64,000 nt of DNA from contig CM120642.1 in assembly GCA_051362555.1 (NCBI GenBank), positions 2,728,001 to 2,792,000 of the forward strand, in the 5' to 3' direction. Source of the stretch: Lingula anatina. Taxonomy: Eukaryota > Animalia > Brachiopoda. The notes below the pieces were generated by a model. The model did no database searches and had not been told where the DNA came from. It saw nothing but the letters and a program-made list of their open reading frames with translations. Positions 48,137 to 60,200 of the stretch are shown here, in pieces. Each line of letters starts with the position of its first letter. The first letter of the stretch is position 1. The translations under genes and the position numbers were made by a program.

Positions 48137-49192
48137 ATGGCGTCCTTGTACCCAGACGTCAACACCACGACCTTGGTGACAGACAGCGATATTCTTATAT
48201 TTTCGTTATTGCACAATAACAGTGAGAAGAACATCTCAATCAATAACTCCAGTAATGAAGATGAGACTGTTGACGCCAATCCTCTGTTTCAAGTTCTTGC
48301 GGTCGTATTTTACACGTTTTGCGCAATCAGTCTTATTGCAAATGGCGTCTCCCTGAGCGCTTTGGCCTGCGCACCAAAGCCTTTCAAACCAAAGTTGATT
48401 CTAATAATGAATTTAGCCATTACTGATCTTGTTAGTTTGTTCTTCGTGTTGATCATTGATGTTTTACATACTCTTGGTTTACAATTGTGTGATAGTTTAA
48501 TCAACACGTTTTTCTTGACTTTCTTCGAGATTTCTGGGCTAACAGTTCTGGTCCTGGCTTTGGACATGTTTGTTGCCGTATGCATACCCTTGAAGTATCC
48601 GTTGTCTATAACAAGGAAAAGGGCGTGCGTTATAGTTGCCTGTATTTGGGGAGTGGCAATTGGCAAGGGGCTAACCGCCCTTCTCATTGGCATGGCTGTT
48701 CATGGGATGGGAACCTTCTGTTTGCTTGGCTTTCCCACAGCCTTGATTTACATCAACGGCGGAATATATGCAAGCATTTTGTTAATTTCCCTAGGCCTCT
48801 ATGTTAAAATCTTTATTGAGATAAAAAGGCACCGGCACGTAGGAACCCGGGTTAATTCCAGAAAAGAATTTAAATCGGCGGTCACTCTGGTGATGCTTTA
48901 TGGCACGTTGCTGGTCAGTTGGGGACCATGGGTCATCGCAGTGGCTTTGGTCAAATTTGTTAAAATGACCAACTGCGATGCACGATGCAAAGATGTTCTT
49001 GTCCATACGGCAATATGTATGATACTGGCGACTACGTTGGCGGATCCAATTATCTACGGGATTCGAATGCCGGATATACAGAAAGGGTTTTTCCGTTTGA
49101 TGGGTAAGCGTTCCCGTGCACAGAGGGCAGGTAGTTCACTCCCCACAATGTCCGGGTTAAACCAAACTGACCGCATCAACTATGTACCTTAA
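48137..49192 (+). CDS. Intronless class A (rhodopsin-like) GPCR, orphan, melanocortin/adenosine (MECA)-like motif set
   Basis: 351 aa, 7 hydrophobic segments, N-terminal N-glycosylation sequons, TM1 AN, TM2 NLAITD, TM3 DMF..V.IPLKY (DRY variant), TM4 W, TM6 SWGP, TM7 DPIIY then RMPDI. Confidence 0.9.
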   Translation: MASLYPDVNTTTLVTDSDILIFSLLHNNSEKNISINNSSNEDETVDANPLFQVLAVVFYTFCAISLIANGVSLSALACAPKPFKPKLILIMNLAITDLVSLFFVLIIDVLHTLGLQLCDSLINTFFLTFFEISGLTVLVLALDMFVAVCIPLKYPLSITRKRACVIVACIWGVAIGKGLTALLIGMAVHGMGTFCLLGFPTALIYINGGIYASILLISLGLYVKIFIEIKRHRHVGTRVNSRKEFKSAVTLVMLYGTLLVSWGPWVIAVALVKFVKMTNCDARCKDVLVHTAICMILATTLADPIIYGIRMPDIQKGFFRLMGKRSRAQRAGSSLPTMSGLNQTDRINYVP

Positions 49193-49405
49193 GGGACCAT
49201 TCCCAGACCTTGGCGTACTAACTTCAGATCGATCTATCTCCGAGGGGATTCTAGCCAAATTGCAATCAACTTAAGCAGCTTAAGGGGGTAATTATAAATC
49301 TTCAGTCAGCGTACCAGACATCTAAGCTGCTTAAGCTGAAAGCAATTTAGCGAGAAACTTCTCGGAGATGGATTGATCCTGTCAGATCTAGGTATAGGAA
49401 CCCAG
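49193..49405 (+). mobile_element. Palindromic MITE family A, copy 3, directly abutting the GPCR stop codon
   Basis: TAA|GGGACCATTCCCAGACC...; arms CTTAAGCAGCTTA / TAAGCTGCTTAAG and GATCTATCTCCGAG / CTCGGAGATGGAT. Confidence 0.75.
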
Positions 49406-49555
49406 TTTAATTTTAACGTTATTGGTACCACTTTAGCCTTGCTGTAAGCTGTAGGTGCAATATGTCTTCATTGTACAGACCTCTTTCTTTTAAACGAATT
49501 GCAAAATATAATGTTACTGTGTAACTCTGGATATTGGTCCAAAATCCTATAAGGA

Positions 49556-49617
<62 letters not shown>

Positions 49618-52600
49618 ACATGTTCTAGATAGGAACTCTATAGAATGCCTATATAGTTCCAATTAGTCCTTTAGGAATCGTAATGGAAATATTTATAAGG
49701 GCATACAGTGGTCACCTTGAAATCGAGAAGAACCGTTCTACTCCTAGATAATTCAACATTGACATATATTTCTGCAGGTATAAATGAATCTGTAACTGGT
49801 GTAATATGCTATTTTTAAGAGAAGTTGACTGCACTCTACCAGGGTACGTCACAGAGGATTTTGCACGATTCATCTGTACGAATTGTTGAGAACATTCGTG
49901 CCCCCACCTCGTGTAGAGAGACAGTTGGGGTGTGTGGTGCTGGTAATGGTACTTTTCTGTACAGGAAAAATTCTCATTTTTTCGACCCGATACTTCTGAT
50001 TAACCCTTATTTGTGCTTACTGGTATCATATGGGGCCCTTAACTTCCATTCCTAGGAATGTCATTCCTGCTACACCGGCACAGTGGCACGTTTGTCAACA
50101 GGCAACGCACGATAAGAGAGACAAATAGTACGAGTAATTTTATTAATTAAGAGATTAGCTAACAGATATCACTGCGGTTAGTGCAGAGATAGACATCTTA
50201 CATTTTAATTGAAAACTGATATGTTTAGAAAGTTTGTGAAAAACCAATAGTATTATAATAAAATGCAAGAAATGTTTATATCACATTCATAACACAATAC
50301 ACAATGTTTAATATAAAATTCTGCTTTGGAAAATCTTCATTAAGATGTAATGATTACATTTTTGTTTTATATTTTACTTATAAACATATTTGTAGTTCAT
50401 TTTCACATCTGGACTTGAAGGCCTGCAATACTGAATAAATCAACCTAAATGTTACTGAAGAAAATCAAAGATAAGTTGCTTTGTAAGATCCTTGTACAAA
50501 GTCACATCAGCATCCTGCATTAAATTTACTCTTCATTAAAAAACAAAACTAACAAATGAAATCTGACCATATATATGTTCCACATTAATTACGGTAAGAA
50601 AAAGGCAGTTCTAGTGACAAAATGGACACCCAAAGAATGCATTATTTAAAGGCGTTAATAAGACACAGAACCATGTATACCAACGGCATTTTTGCATAAT
50701 TAAAATGATAAAAAATCAAATTTAATTTCACTATAATAAAAGAACAATTGAAGGGGGGGTGAAAAGGAAGGTGGGTGCATACCTGGTGTCTGTTCATAGA
50801 TACCCAAAGGTGTAAAACACATTTTAACTAGAAATTAATCCTTATTTTAGCATCCTTTATTATGTTACCCATTCCGTTTATATAAGTATTTAAATTTCAC
50901 AAAAGTGCAATCACAAAAACATCACATTTTGAAATAGAGACATTACATAAATGGCTTCAAATTGTTACAAGTTAAGCTAAATAAGGAAAAATACTTTTAA
51001 AAATATTTTCTATATTTTATATTAACTTAATTTGGTCCATTTTTATCAGGTTTAGCCTCCAGACTAAGCTGAATTCACAAGAAAGAATGTTGTCCCTTAC
51101 AAATAAAAATAACAAGTGCGTAGTTTCTGATAATACAGCACAGATAAACAAAATTAAATACAAAGTATGAATCACTGTGTTATATATCACAAATCCTCTT
51201 TTAAACTTAACAAAGTACAAGAAATGATATTTTTTTCTGAAAGCAAAAATTCTAAAAAGTAAGCCAGGCTAAAAAAAAAATCAGAAAATTATAAATCTTG
51301 AAATTATACAAAATCAATATGAGGAGACATATACAAAATCTATATATTATTACTACAGACAACTACACATACTGCAATATGTTTCTGCTGCTGCAAATCA
51401 TAGAAATATGTATGGCAATTAAATCCATAACTTAGTTTTTATTTAAATTTTGTGCAAAAATGCAATCATCTCACAAGTTGTGACACGGGGGATCAGCCAC
51501 GCCCTCCAATATCTGGTAAAACATACCTTGCAAATAAGTTTAAAAGTATTTTTGATATCAACAGCTGTTACGTAGATTTTCAAAAAGACTCATAGAAAAT
51601 TAAATCAGACAGCAAGGCTGACTGATATACAGACACATTAAACCAAAACCAACGAGAGAACTTCCAAGAAATCTAGGCAAAGATCAGGTTCATAATTAAA
51701 AAAAAATTAATGAGACTGAAAATTCTCACATCAACAAATGAAATATTCTTACTTCTTATCAAGCCAATGCAAGCTCCTACAAAGTCATGATTATTCTTTA
51801 GGTTTTAGAGGTAATTCCATACATATTTTGGCATAAAATCCAATCTTCCTTTTAGAATTTGAACCCCTTTCAAACATAGAAAAAATACTAGCAGATGTAA
51901 AGAAAAAATGTGGTGTGACAGCTTAAGGGCGAGTGATACTGAAATACCTGCAAGACTGCTGGTTTTCAAACTGATCTGCATTTTTTTTTTGCAGAGGACA
52001 TGGAAACAATTTTTACTAAAACCTGGGGTTGCACATCACATGGGGTACTGGTTTTCTGACCAAATACAAATACATAGCACTGCAACTAAAAACATTTCAT
52101 GCTCAAATCATGCTAATCAATTTTATACATTTTTCACACAATGACACAATCTCAATTTATCTCATATATGTGACAGTGAGCGGGATTGATGACAACAGCA
52201 CTAATTGTGTTAGAGAAGAGGATTTATCACAGAGATATTGTGTTAGAGAAGAGGTTTTATCACAACAGGATTGATTGTGGTAGAGAAGACGGGTAGAATC
52301 TTATCAAGCTAGGATGGATTGTCAGGTGACATGGAGAACATATACTTATGTAAGGGTATATGCATGTGGAGAGAGTCAAATTCTAAATACAAAACAGTCC
52401 ATATGAAAAAAGGAGAATTTGTAATTACTATTTTTATCTGGACGTATATTTTTTGTGATACAAACATTTCAATTAAAATTTTTAAAAAATTGGCATCTAT
52501 GGGGTCAACAGCACAAATATATTCAAACTTTCACAAAAAGTTAGACAACTTCTGCAAAAAGAATAATTTATGTTACACTCACCCAATAACATTATATAAT

Positions 52601-53194
52601 CCAAGTGCCTCTTGTGAGATGAATTACATATTATACCAGTATGTATAAAAAATGTAACAAGTTTGATAAGGCTTTTTGAAAAAACCCAAATAATATTGAT
52701 TTTTCAGCTTATACTTCACTTCCACTATTTCGACAATACTCCTCAGGAAATTGAAAAATAAAGCAACAGCAAGACACGAGCAGACAAAAGTGATCTAGAT
52801 ATACACAGACACTCTGTGATGTCTGTATATCATCAAAAGTAAAAATTCCTTTTATTTCTGGCAGAGGCAATATCTTTTGTAGACTGCTTACACATGCCTT
52901 TGAACTCGTCTGCACAATTAAAACAGGCAGCACTCACACATGGCTTTTGCTCCATTGCAATTCTCACATAAACTTTCATCTAATTGCATTAATTCATTCA
53001 GAATCCTGCTAATTGTGAAAATACCCACACTTGCAAAATCTATGAAATCTCCAAACATAGTCAAAGAACTCTCCCCAAACATGTCCTTATCTCAGTGACA
53101 ACAATAACCCTAACTTGCTCCACGTAATCCACTTTGTGCAGTCCGCAGACCGTTAAAACAGGTACTTGTACAATGTAGGTGTTCTTTCTGCTGC

Positions 53195-54191
53195 TCACAC
53201 AATGGTTCCTTTCACCCCAGACTCCTGACAGCTGCTGCCCTCTGCACTGCTTGTATCACTCACTGACACTGTGGGAACTTGCTGGAATCAAAAATTGATC
53301 CTTTTCTAAATATGTATATCCTGAACAAAATCTGCAGTGAAAATCATCACCATGACCATTTCTTATTGCAAACAAAAAATAAACTAGCAGCATTTACATT
53401 TTGAAAAAAATTCTCTTTCTACTACTGAATCTAGAAATCCTGACCCTGCGCACATATTGGATTTCACAAATAATGGTCAAAAATAGTCAGTCCAATAAAA
53501 TCATTATAAAAGAGGTCTACTGCAGCAATTAATTTGCAAGCCCCTTAAAGATCACCATTGGACCAAGAAAGAAACAAGGACAAAAAAGGTTCACCATATT
53601 CTCTGGTCCAACGTTATTTGGTACATGTTTCTCGATGCTGTCTTTATCTGCTCCCGTGGGTTCCTGCCTTTTCCTTGGTCTCCTCAAAGATAACTTGCGC
53701 TCATCAATCAAGGGGGAAGCCTTGGGCGAGAGGGAGCTTGGTTTGATCAAATATCTGTGAAGAGCAGAGAAATCTTTTAAATGACGTGAATTTCATGGTA
53801 ACTGTTTGTGTTCATTAGTATAATACTGTATAATACTGTATTAGTATAATACTGTGTCATACATATGAATGTTGAGTGTGAAAAGACATAAGTGATGGTA
53901 TAACTATATGTCAACTTAAGTTTATGCCACCAATGAGGGCAATGGCAGTTTTATTCCTCCCAAGTTTTCCAAGTTTTACACAAATATTTGCAACAGATGC
54001 ATTTTTATTTTCAACAATATGTAAAAGTACATACTGAGAAATCAAAGCTCAGAGTTAACATTTCTGTAACACAGCATTCAGAACTGCATCATTTTGTGCT
54101 ATGTTTTATCTCAAACCTCAGAGGAAGCTCAGAAAATCAGATATCTTAACTGAATGCAAGTTATCCGACTTTCATCAAGAAATTCCTCAAC

Positions 54192-54225
<34 letters not shown>

Positions 54226-57200
54226 AGGCTTACATTTTGAGCTGTGCATTAAACTTCAGCTAAATCTTTTCAAAGATCACACCACACTGTCTGGTTAATT
54301 TTGAATGCAGAACAGGCCACAATGATACTCATTCCCCACATGCAGATATAGACAAATTGGCTTTACTCCCAAACTGGCTTTAATGATTACCAATGTTGAA
54401 TCACGATTTAAGAGGGTTTGAAAAGTCAAAATGCTACTTAATTTCCCTTTTTTTTGGTAAAGATTTTATGCCCGGACTTACACAACATCATCTGGTTCCA
54501 GTTTCAGATCATAGCTAGGATTAATGATGACGTAAGCAATGTGGTCTCTTTTTTCCATTGTATCATCTGAAAGTAAAAGCAATTGGATACATAACAATGC
54601 ATTTAGCAATTCAAACATATCAAGGTTCCAAACCTCCTGAGTACTATTCAGGTAAAGAAAACTTCCAAGTAGATATCCATTCAATTCCTTTTTAGTCACA
54701 GGAGATGGCGCAGAACAAAAGAACCAGACGTGATATATCTGGAAACCATGCTTGTCACACATGCCAGTTGCATCACGCCCGGGTCTTTTGTTCTCCACAT
54801 CCTGTAATGAGTCAGTTAGATACATCACTCATCAGTATGGTATCTGAGACATACACAAGTACTTCATCCTCCTGTACATCACATACACTGCCCTGACTCA
54901 TGGTGTATCTATGGCCTCATTCAGGATAGGGGACTAACTAGTCCGAGGGTCAAATACGGCCAAGCCACTCAAATACTTCCCCACAGGATATCTATTCAGT
55001 GGATTAGACTGCAAGCTTTGTAGTGGGTCACCATATTAGACCCTCAGACTAGTTAGTCCCCTATTCTGAATGGGGCCTATGACTGCGTTCTCCTAACCTT
55101 ATCTATCCCAGCAGGGATTCTTGCCATGGTACAGTCAATGTAATCACCTTAATTGTCAAGCACGCCCTCTCCCAAAGCAACATCCCTTAGCAAAATGAAA
55201 AGTTTGCAGCAATATTGGGGCAAGAATTTCTTGCAAATTTGCAGTGAATTTGCAACAGAGTTCGCAGGCCTGATATTTTGCTAATAAGGGATGAACAACG
55301 TACATCATGTACCACAAAGTTCTCCTGTCTTTACCCTAGTAACTAAAGACATTTAAGCCACTTAAACTGAATGCAATTTAGAGATAATCCCCAAGGAGTT
55401 AGATTGATCTAGCTCGTGCAATAACGTTATTGGAACAGGGCATATTACATAAACCCTCAGTGTAGTCCTGTAGCTGGGGGGGGGGGGGGGGGGGACCTGG
55501 GGTGTTGACAGACTGCGATTTGTGCCAGAAAAAGGCATGCCCTGAGTAAAATTTGATCTAGGTACGGCAAGGTTTCATGGTGAAAGGTACACTTTTTTAG
55601 CAAAAATCCCCCCACCTCGAAATGGTTAGCTACGGGTTAGGTGGAAAATTGCTCTTACCACTTTTTTTCTGCCACTTGGCAATTGAACAATAACCAGCCT
55701 AACATCAAAATTAAACACTTATGTTGACTATAACTATGTTTCATACAACATTGTTTTGTCAAAATCAACCTGATTATTTATTGCAATCAGCACTTCTGAT
55801 TGAGCTTCATTTCTGAACTGCATTACAGTAGTTCTGGACCAGTTCACAGCCAGTCTTTCTTACTCTAATGAGAACAGAGCCATCTGGAGCTCAATGCCTT
55901 TCTTTTGCCATCCACTCTGGAATCTTTTGGGAGTTGAAACAAGTTGCTTAGTTAATAACAACCAGAATGCCAAGTGATCACAAGAGCATTTTGATTGTAT
56001 AACATTTGGTGTCTTGGAATAATGCACTGTATCGCATCATCTTCATGCAAACCTGTCATCTTTTTAAAATCTCCCTCAAGCCCTGACATTTTGATTATCT
56101 AATAACAACTTCAGGCAGGTTCCTTTTTAAATTACATGATGCTGCAAAAAGAAATCTAATCTTAAATTGGAAATTATGGCATTCATGTACGCACCTTCTT
56201 ACATCTACAAAATATAATGTTTTAAGGCAATCTGCAAGCTTGAAAATTCCCCACAGCTTCCTATATTTCCTTATTCAGACCTTCAGATACTAAAATCTCT
56301 CAAATAACAGTTTATCTGGAGGGTACCTTGTGTCTTTTATGTTCATAATGGAGACCGAATTTCACATAACATAATGAAAATCAGAAACTCAAAAATGAGT
56401 CAAAAGACTAATTTTCTCAACACTTTAAGATAGGTTTACCTCAGTGAAAATAGAAAATTTTTTTTTACTTTGGTCTATAAAAATCTCACAGGCAATGCAT
56501 GTTTAAAAGCTATATACAGTAGATTATATCTTAAATTTAGATAAACAGGATATTAATCACAAAATTTGCCTAACTTGGCCATTGCTGCAATCTACAGTAC
56601 TAGTATGGTAATATGAAAACCACCCATCACTCTGGGACACATTGGTATTCTGCAAGGACCACTGGCATTAAGTCAACTCTGGTAAACCAGCTATCATACA
56701 GATATGAAACCTGGGCAGGCCACAGAATGATAAATTACACGTTAAGTGCATGATTGCATGAGTACTAATTTGCCATTTCTTCCCACTTTCACAGACACTT
56801 GCTTAGTTTATCATTCCTGGTGCAAGCTGGAAATAACAGCGACGCACTTTGATTTCTTTACAAAACTAGATAGAAAATGCCATTGTTTGGGAATGAGATG
56901 GTTCTTGAATCATCAAAAAGATTGCCCTGTATAAATGTGACATTGTTCAACACGTAACCATCACTATGACAACTTTACTTTCACTTGTAGCATTTACATT
57001 CATCCTATAATCTTGTCATTTAAATGTCAACAAATTTTTTTCAGTTAAAGCATACACATTCCTCATTTCTGTAACTACTTTAACTATTTTATGAGAACAA
57101 TTACGTATGTAAGATACATGTGCTTTAAACAATATTGTTCTTGATGATTTTCTTAACACTCATACCACTCTTTTTTTAAAAAATGCATCAAAAAATGTTC

Positions 57201-60200
57201 ATATGGCAAGAGGTTATCAATAGGGTATTCCTGTTAGCATACAGTACAAACTGAAACAACAGTATTAACATTGAGAAATGATGGCACACATTTCATACAA
57301 CACAATGTCATTTCATCATATCAGTACCATATTCCTCAGGCGGCATTCCCAGACTTCTCATACGACACTTCACCATTTGGCCGATTTCTTGGCGTTCCTG
57401 GGCCACTTGGTTGCTGGCGCTGTCCTCCATCATTTGGTTGGCTAGCCGTCCCAATGAAGCCTACAACAATGTAACAAAGTTGTGTGTTAATCTTCTCTGT
57501 TTGTACTATAAAACTCATAACATATCTGAGTTAATACAACAGCATGCAGATAAAAGCAAACACCACTGTTCTACAAGTTTCTAAACAGATATTGATAATT
57601 AAGCAAACTCTTAATTAACAGACAGTCCAAACTGTAGGATGATTTGGTAACTTTCCACTATAAATACCCAATAAACATAATATACATTTAGAAAAGGGTG
57701 CTGGGCCTGTCTAACAAAAGAACTTCAGCAAGAAGATAAGGCAAGATAAATCAGCAGTAGCCCAATTAAATGGCAATTTTTGGCTGGTTTACAAACAAAA
57801 AAAAGATGAAGTTAATATATTTTAAATCAATACTTCCATTATTAAAATTTAAGTGAAATACTGTGGGTTTAAAGTGTACAGATTAAGACCAAAGTTTTAA
57901 TAATATAATATAATTTTCACCTGAAGTTCTTTTCTGAAATAAAGCATTGTTAAAAGGATAATAACTCTTCGTATGAGATCTATATTTCACAATAAAAACA
58001 TGTGAATAACTCGTAGAAATATAATATATTCTGTTTTACCACAAAAATGGCAGTTATGGCTATTATTCTGATATCTGAGCTTGTCTGTAGACCACGTGAC
58101 CTCCATTGATGGCTATACTCTGTTAAAATCTCTTAAGAGATTTTAACAAAAAACCAAACTTTTTATAAAAATGGATTCATTGACCATTGGTAAGTATGGG
58201 AAAATTGTTGTTTGCTCCAGGAAAATTCATTTTTGGCTGAAACAAAGAGTTATTATCCCTTTAACTAATCATATAAAGTAAGTTTCCAAAGGACTCAGAA
58301 ACAAGGAATTGGATGGGTTGGCACTGGCAGCCATGTTTTTAAAGAAAAAGCTGGGTCATATGCATTAAATTAAGGGTTCTGCAAAAATTAGTATCCTAAG
58401 TTTTTACACAGAATATATTTTCTGATCTTTTTCCATGAGGTTATACAGTTCAGGTTCATGTGTAGTTCTGCCAATAACTAAGATCTTCATCAGCAATTTC
58501 TGGCACCAACAGATTCTGTAAGATCTATGTATTTGATAGTCTGACACCACCCATAGTTGTTGGCAATTTTTAATAACTTACTGTCAAATCATCTAGGCAA
58601 ACGCATATTAAATAACATATATATTCAATCCTTCAGTGTAAGAAAGTGTGAAAGTGCACCAAAAAGATTCCCAGTCAGTTTTCATTATCTGCAACTTAGA
58701 GACCAAAATTGAAGCAATTCAAATTGCATACGTCTGGCCAAAATGCTTATTGCAAACAAAATATGTTTGACAAAACAACACAACCAAAAAAGCTATTACC
58801 TCGACATATCAATTGCATTTAATATTGTCTATGTAAAGCTTCTTCTATCTAAACTTATTTCCAATAGGATGAAGAAAAAAGATCACTATGAAAGCCACTT
58901 TTTTCCAATCAAACTGAGTCGAACCATCTCAACTGCCATTTGACCTGGATGGCTATAAGATGGACTGACCCAACTTGACTGAAAAAGCATCAAAAGAGAG
59001 CATACTTACTAAAGGTGGTGTGCCTTTTGAGGGTCTACAACAAGAAGTAATATCACAGGAAGCAGACATGGTTTTCAAGGAACGAGAGATCAAAGGTGTG
59101 GTACACTGTGCAAGAAGAGATGAAGAGAGAGAGAGAGGAAAAGATAGCGTTATTTACTCCACTGAGTCATACAAGTAGTGATTTATGCAGAAACATTGGT
59201 GCAAATTTAATACTACATTATGCTTACATCTGTGAACTCAAGCTATACATTGTATTTACATTACATACATTTTAGTTTGCTGAGATTCTAATCACTAATT
59301 ACTGCATGTAGAAATAAACAACTTAAAATGTTAATGTGAATTTTTTGTTCAGTTTGAGAGAGAAAATTGCAAAAGTTACCCAAAACATGATTAAAACATC
59401 TGCAGTTCTGTAGCACATCAGCCAACAGAATACCAAGCACATGTCAGATAAAGCAGCCAGTATGAACTAGGTTACATGTACTAATAACAGTTGACTAAGA
59501 CGGGCACTGCCCTGACTGCAGTTACTGGAGACATCAGTAATATGGATAGGCATATGTTTGTGTCAACTCATATATTTAAGACATTTGCACAAAGAGAAAT
59601 GGAGATGCATCCATTACCAGTAAATGAATGTATAAGTATTATCAATGATGTGTCAGCTGGCTCTTCAACAATTATAATATAGCACACAACAATAATTAAA
59701 AGAAGTTATCTGAGGCCGGTTCCACAATAGTGTTTAAGAAAAGGGTCTAAACTTTTAGATAAATAAAAAAATTGGCAAACTTCTGTATGAAATAAATTAT
59801 TTATAAGATAAGTCCGTGACAGTTTTCTTAAATAAAATATTGGTCTGAAAAAGCCATGCCTTTCCTGTAATAAAATGGTTATATTATTTCACTGAACTTT
59901 TATATTAATCCTGATTATCCTGGGTCACAGGAGACAGAAATCATAGTTTTACTATAAGTTTTTTTTATCAATTTTTGATCCTAAAAATGATCTTGTGAAT
60001 CTGGCTGCTGTTGACATGGGGCCATTCTGAATGAGTGAGCGCACATGTACACCGACTCTATGTGGGACTTGCTGATTGCAATTAGTCTGTTTTCAATCTA
60101 TTTGTGTGATCACCAACTTCTCTGTATTCTACACAATGCCAGGAAGAGACCTCTTAGTCTGATTATATTCAGCAAGAGTCCCCTTGGAGCAGGCATGAGA

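Noticed and set aside
57336-57518. ORF-track peptide [13 protein letters not shown]... as a KCNT terminal exon
   Set aside because: Wrong frame; the alternative frame of 57460-57328 gives the conserved ERQEI...VKCRMRSLG segment.
58800-58850. Additional KCNT micro-exon with GAG|GTAATA donor
   Set aside because: All three frames from the nearby acceptors contain stops.
59714-60006. MITE with GGCCGGTTCCACAA / TTGTGAATCTGGCT ends
   Set aside because: The inverted match is too degenerate and has no TSD; plausible old element but not supportable here.
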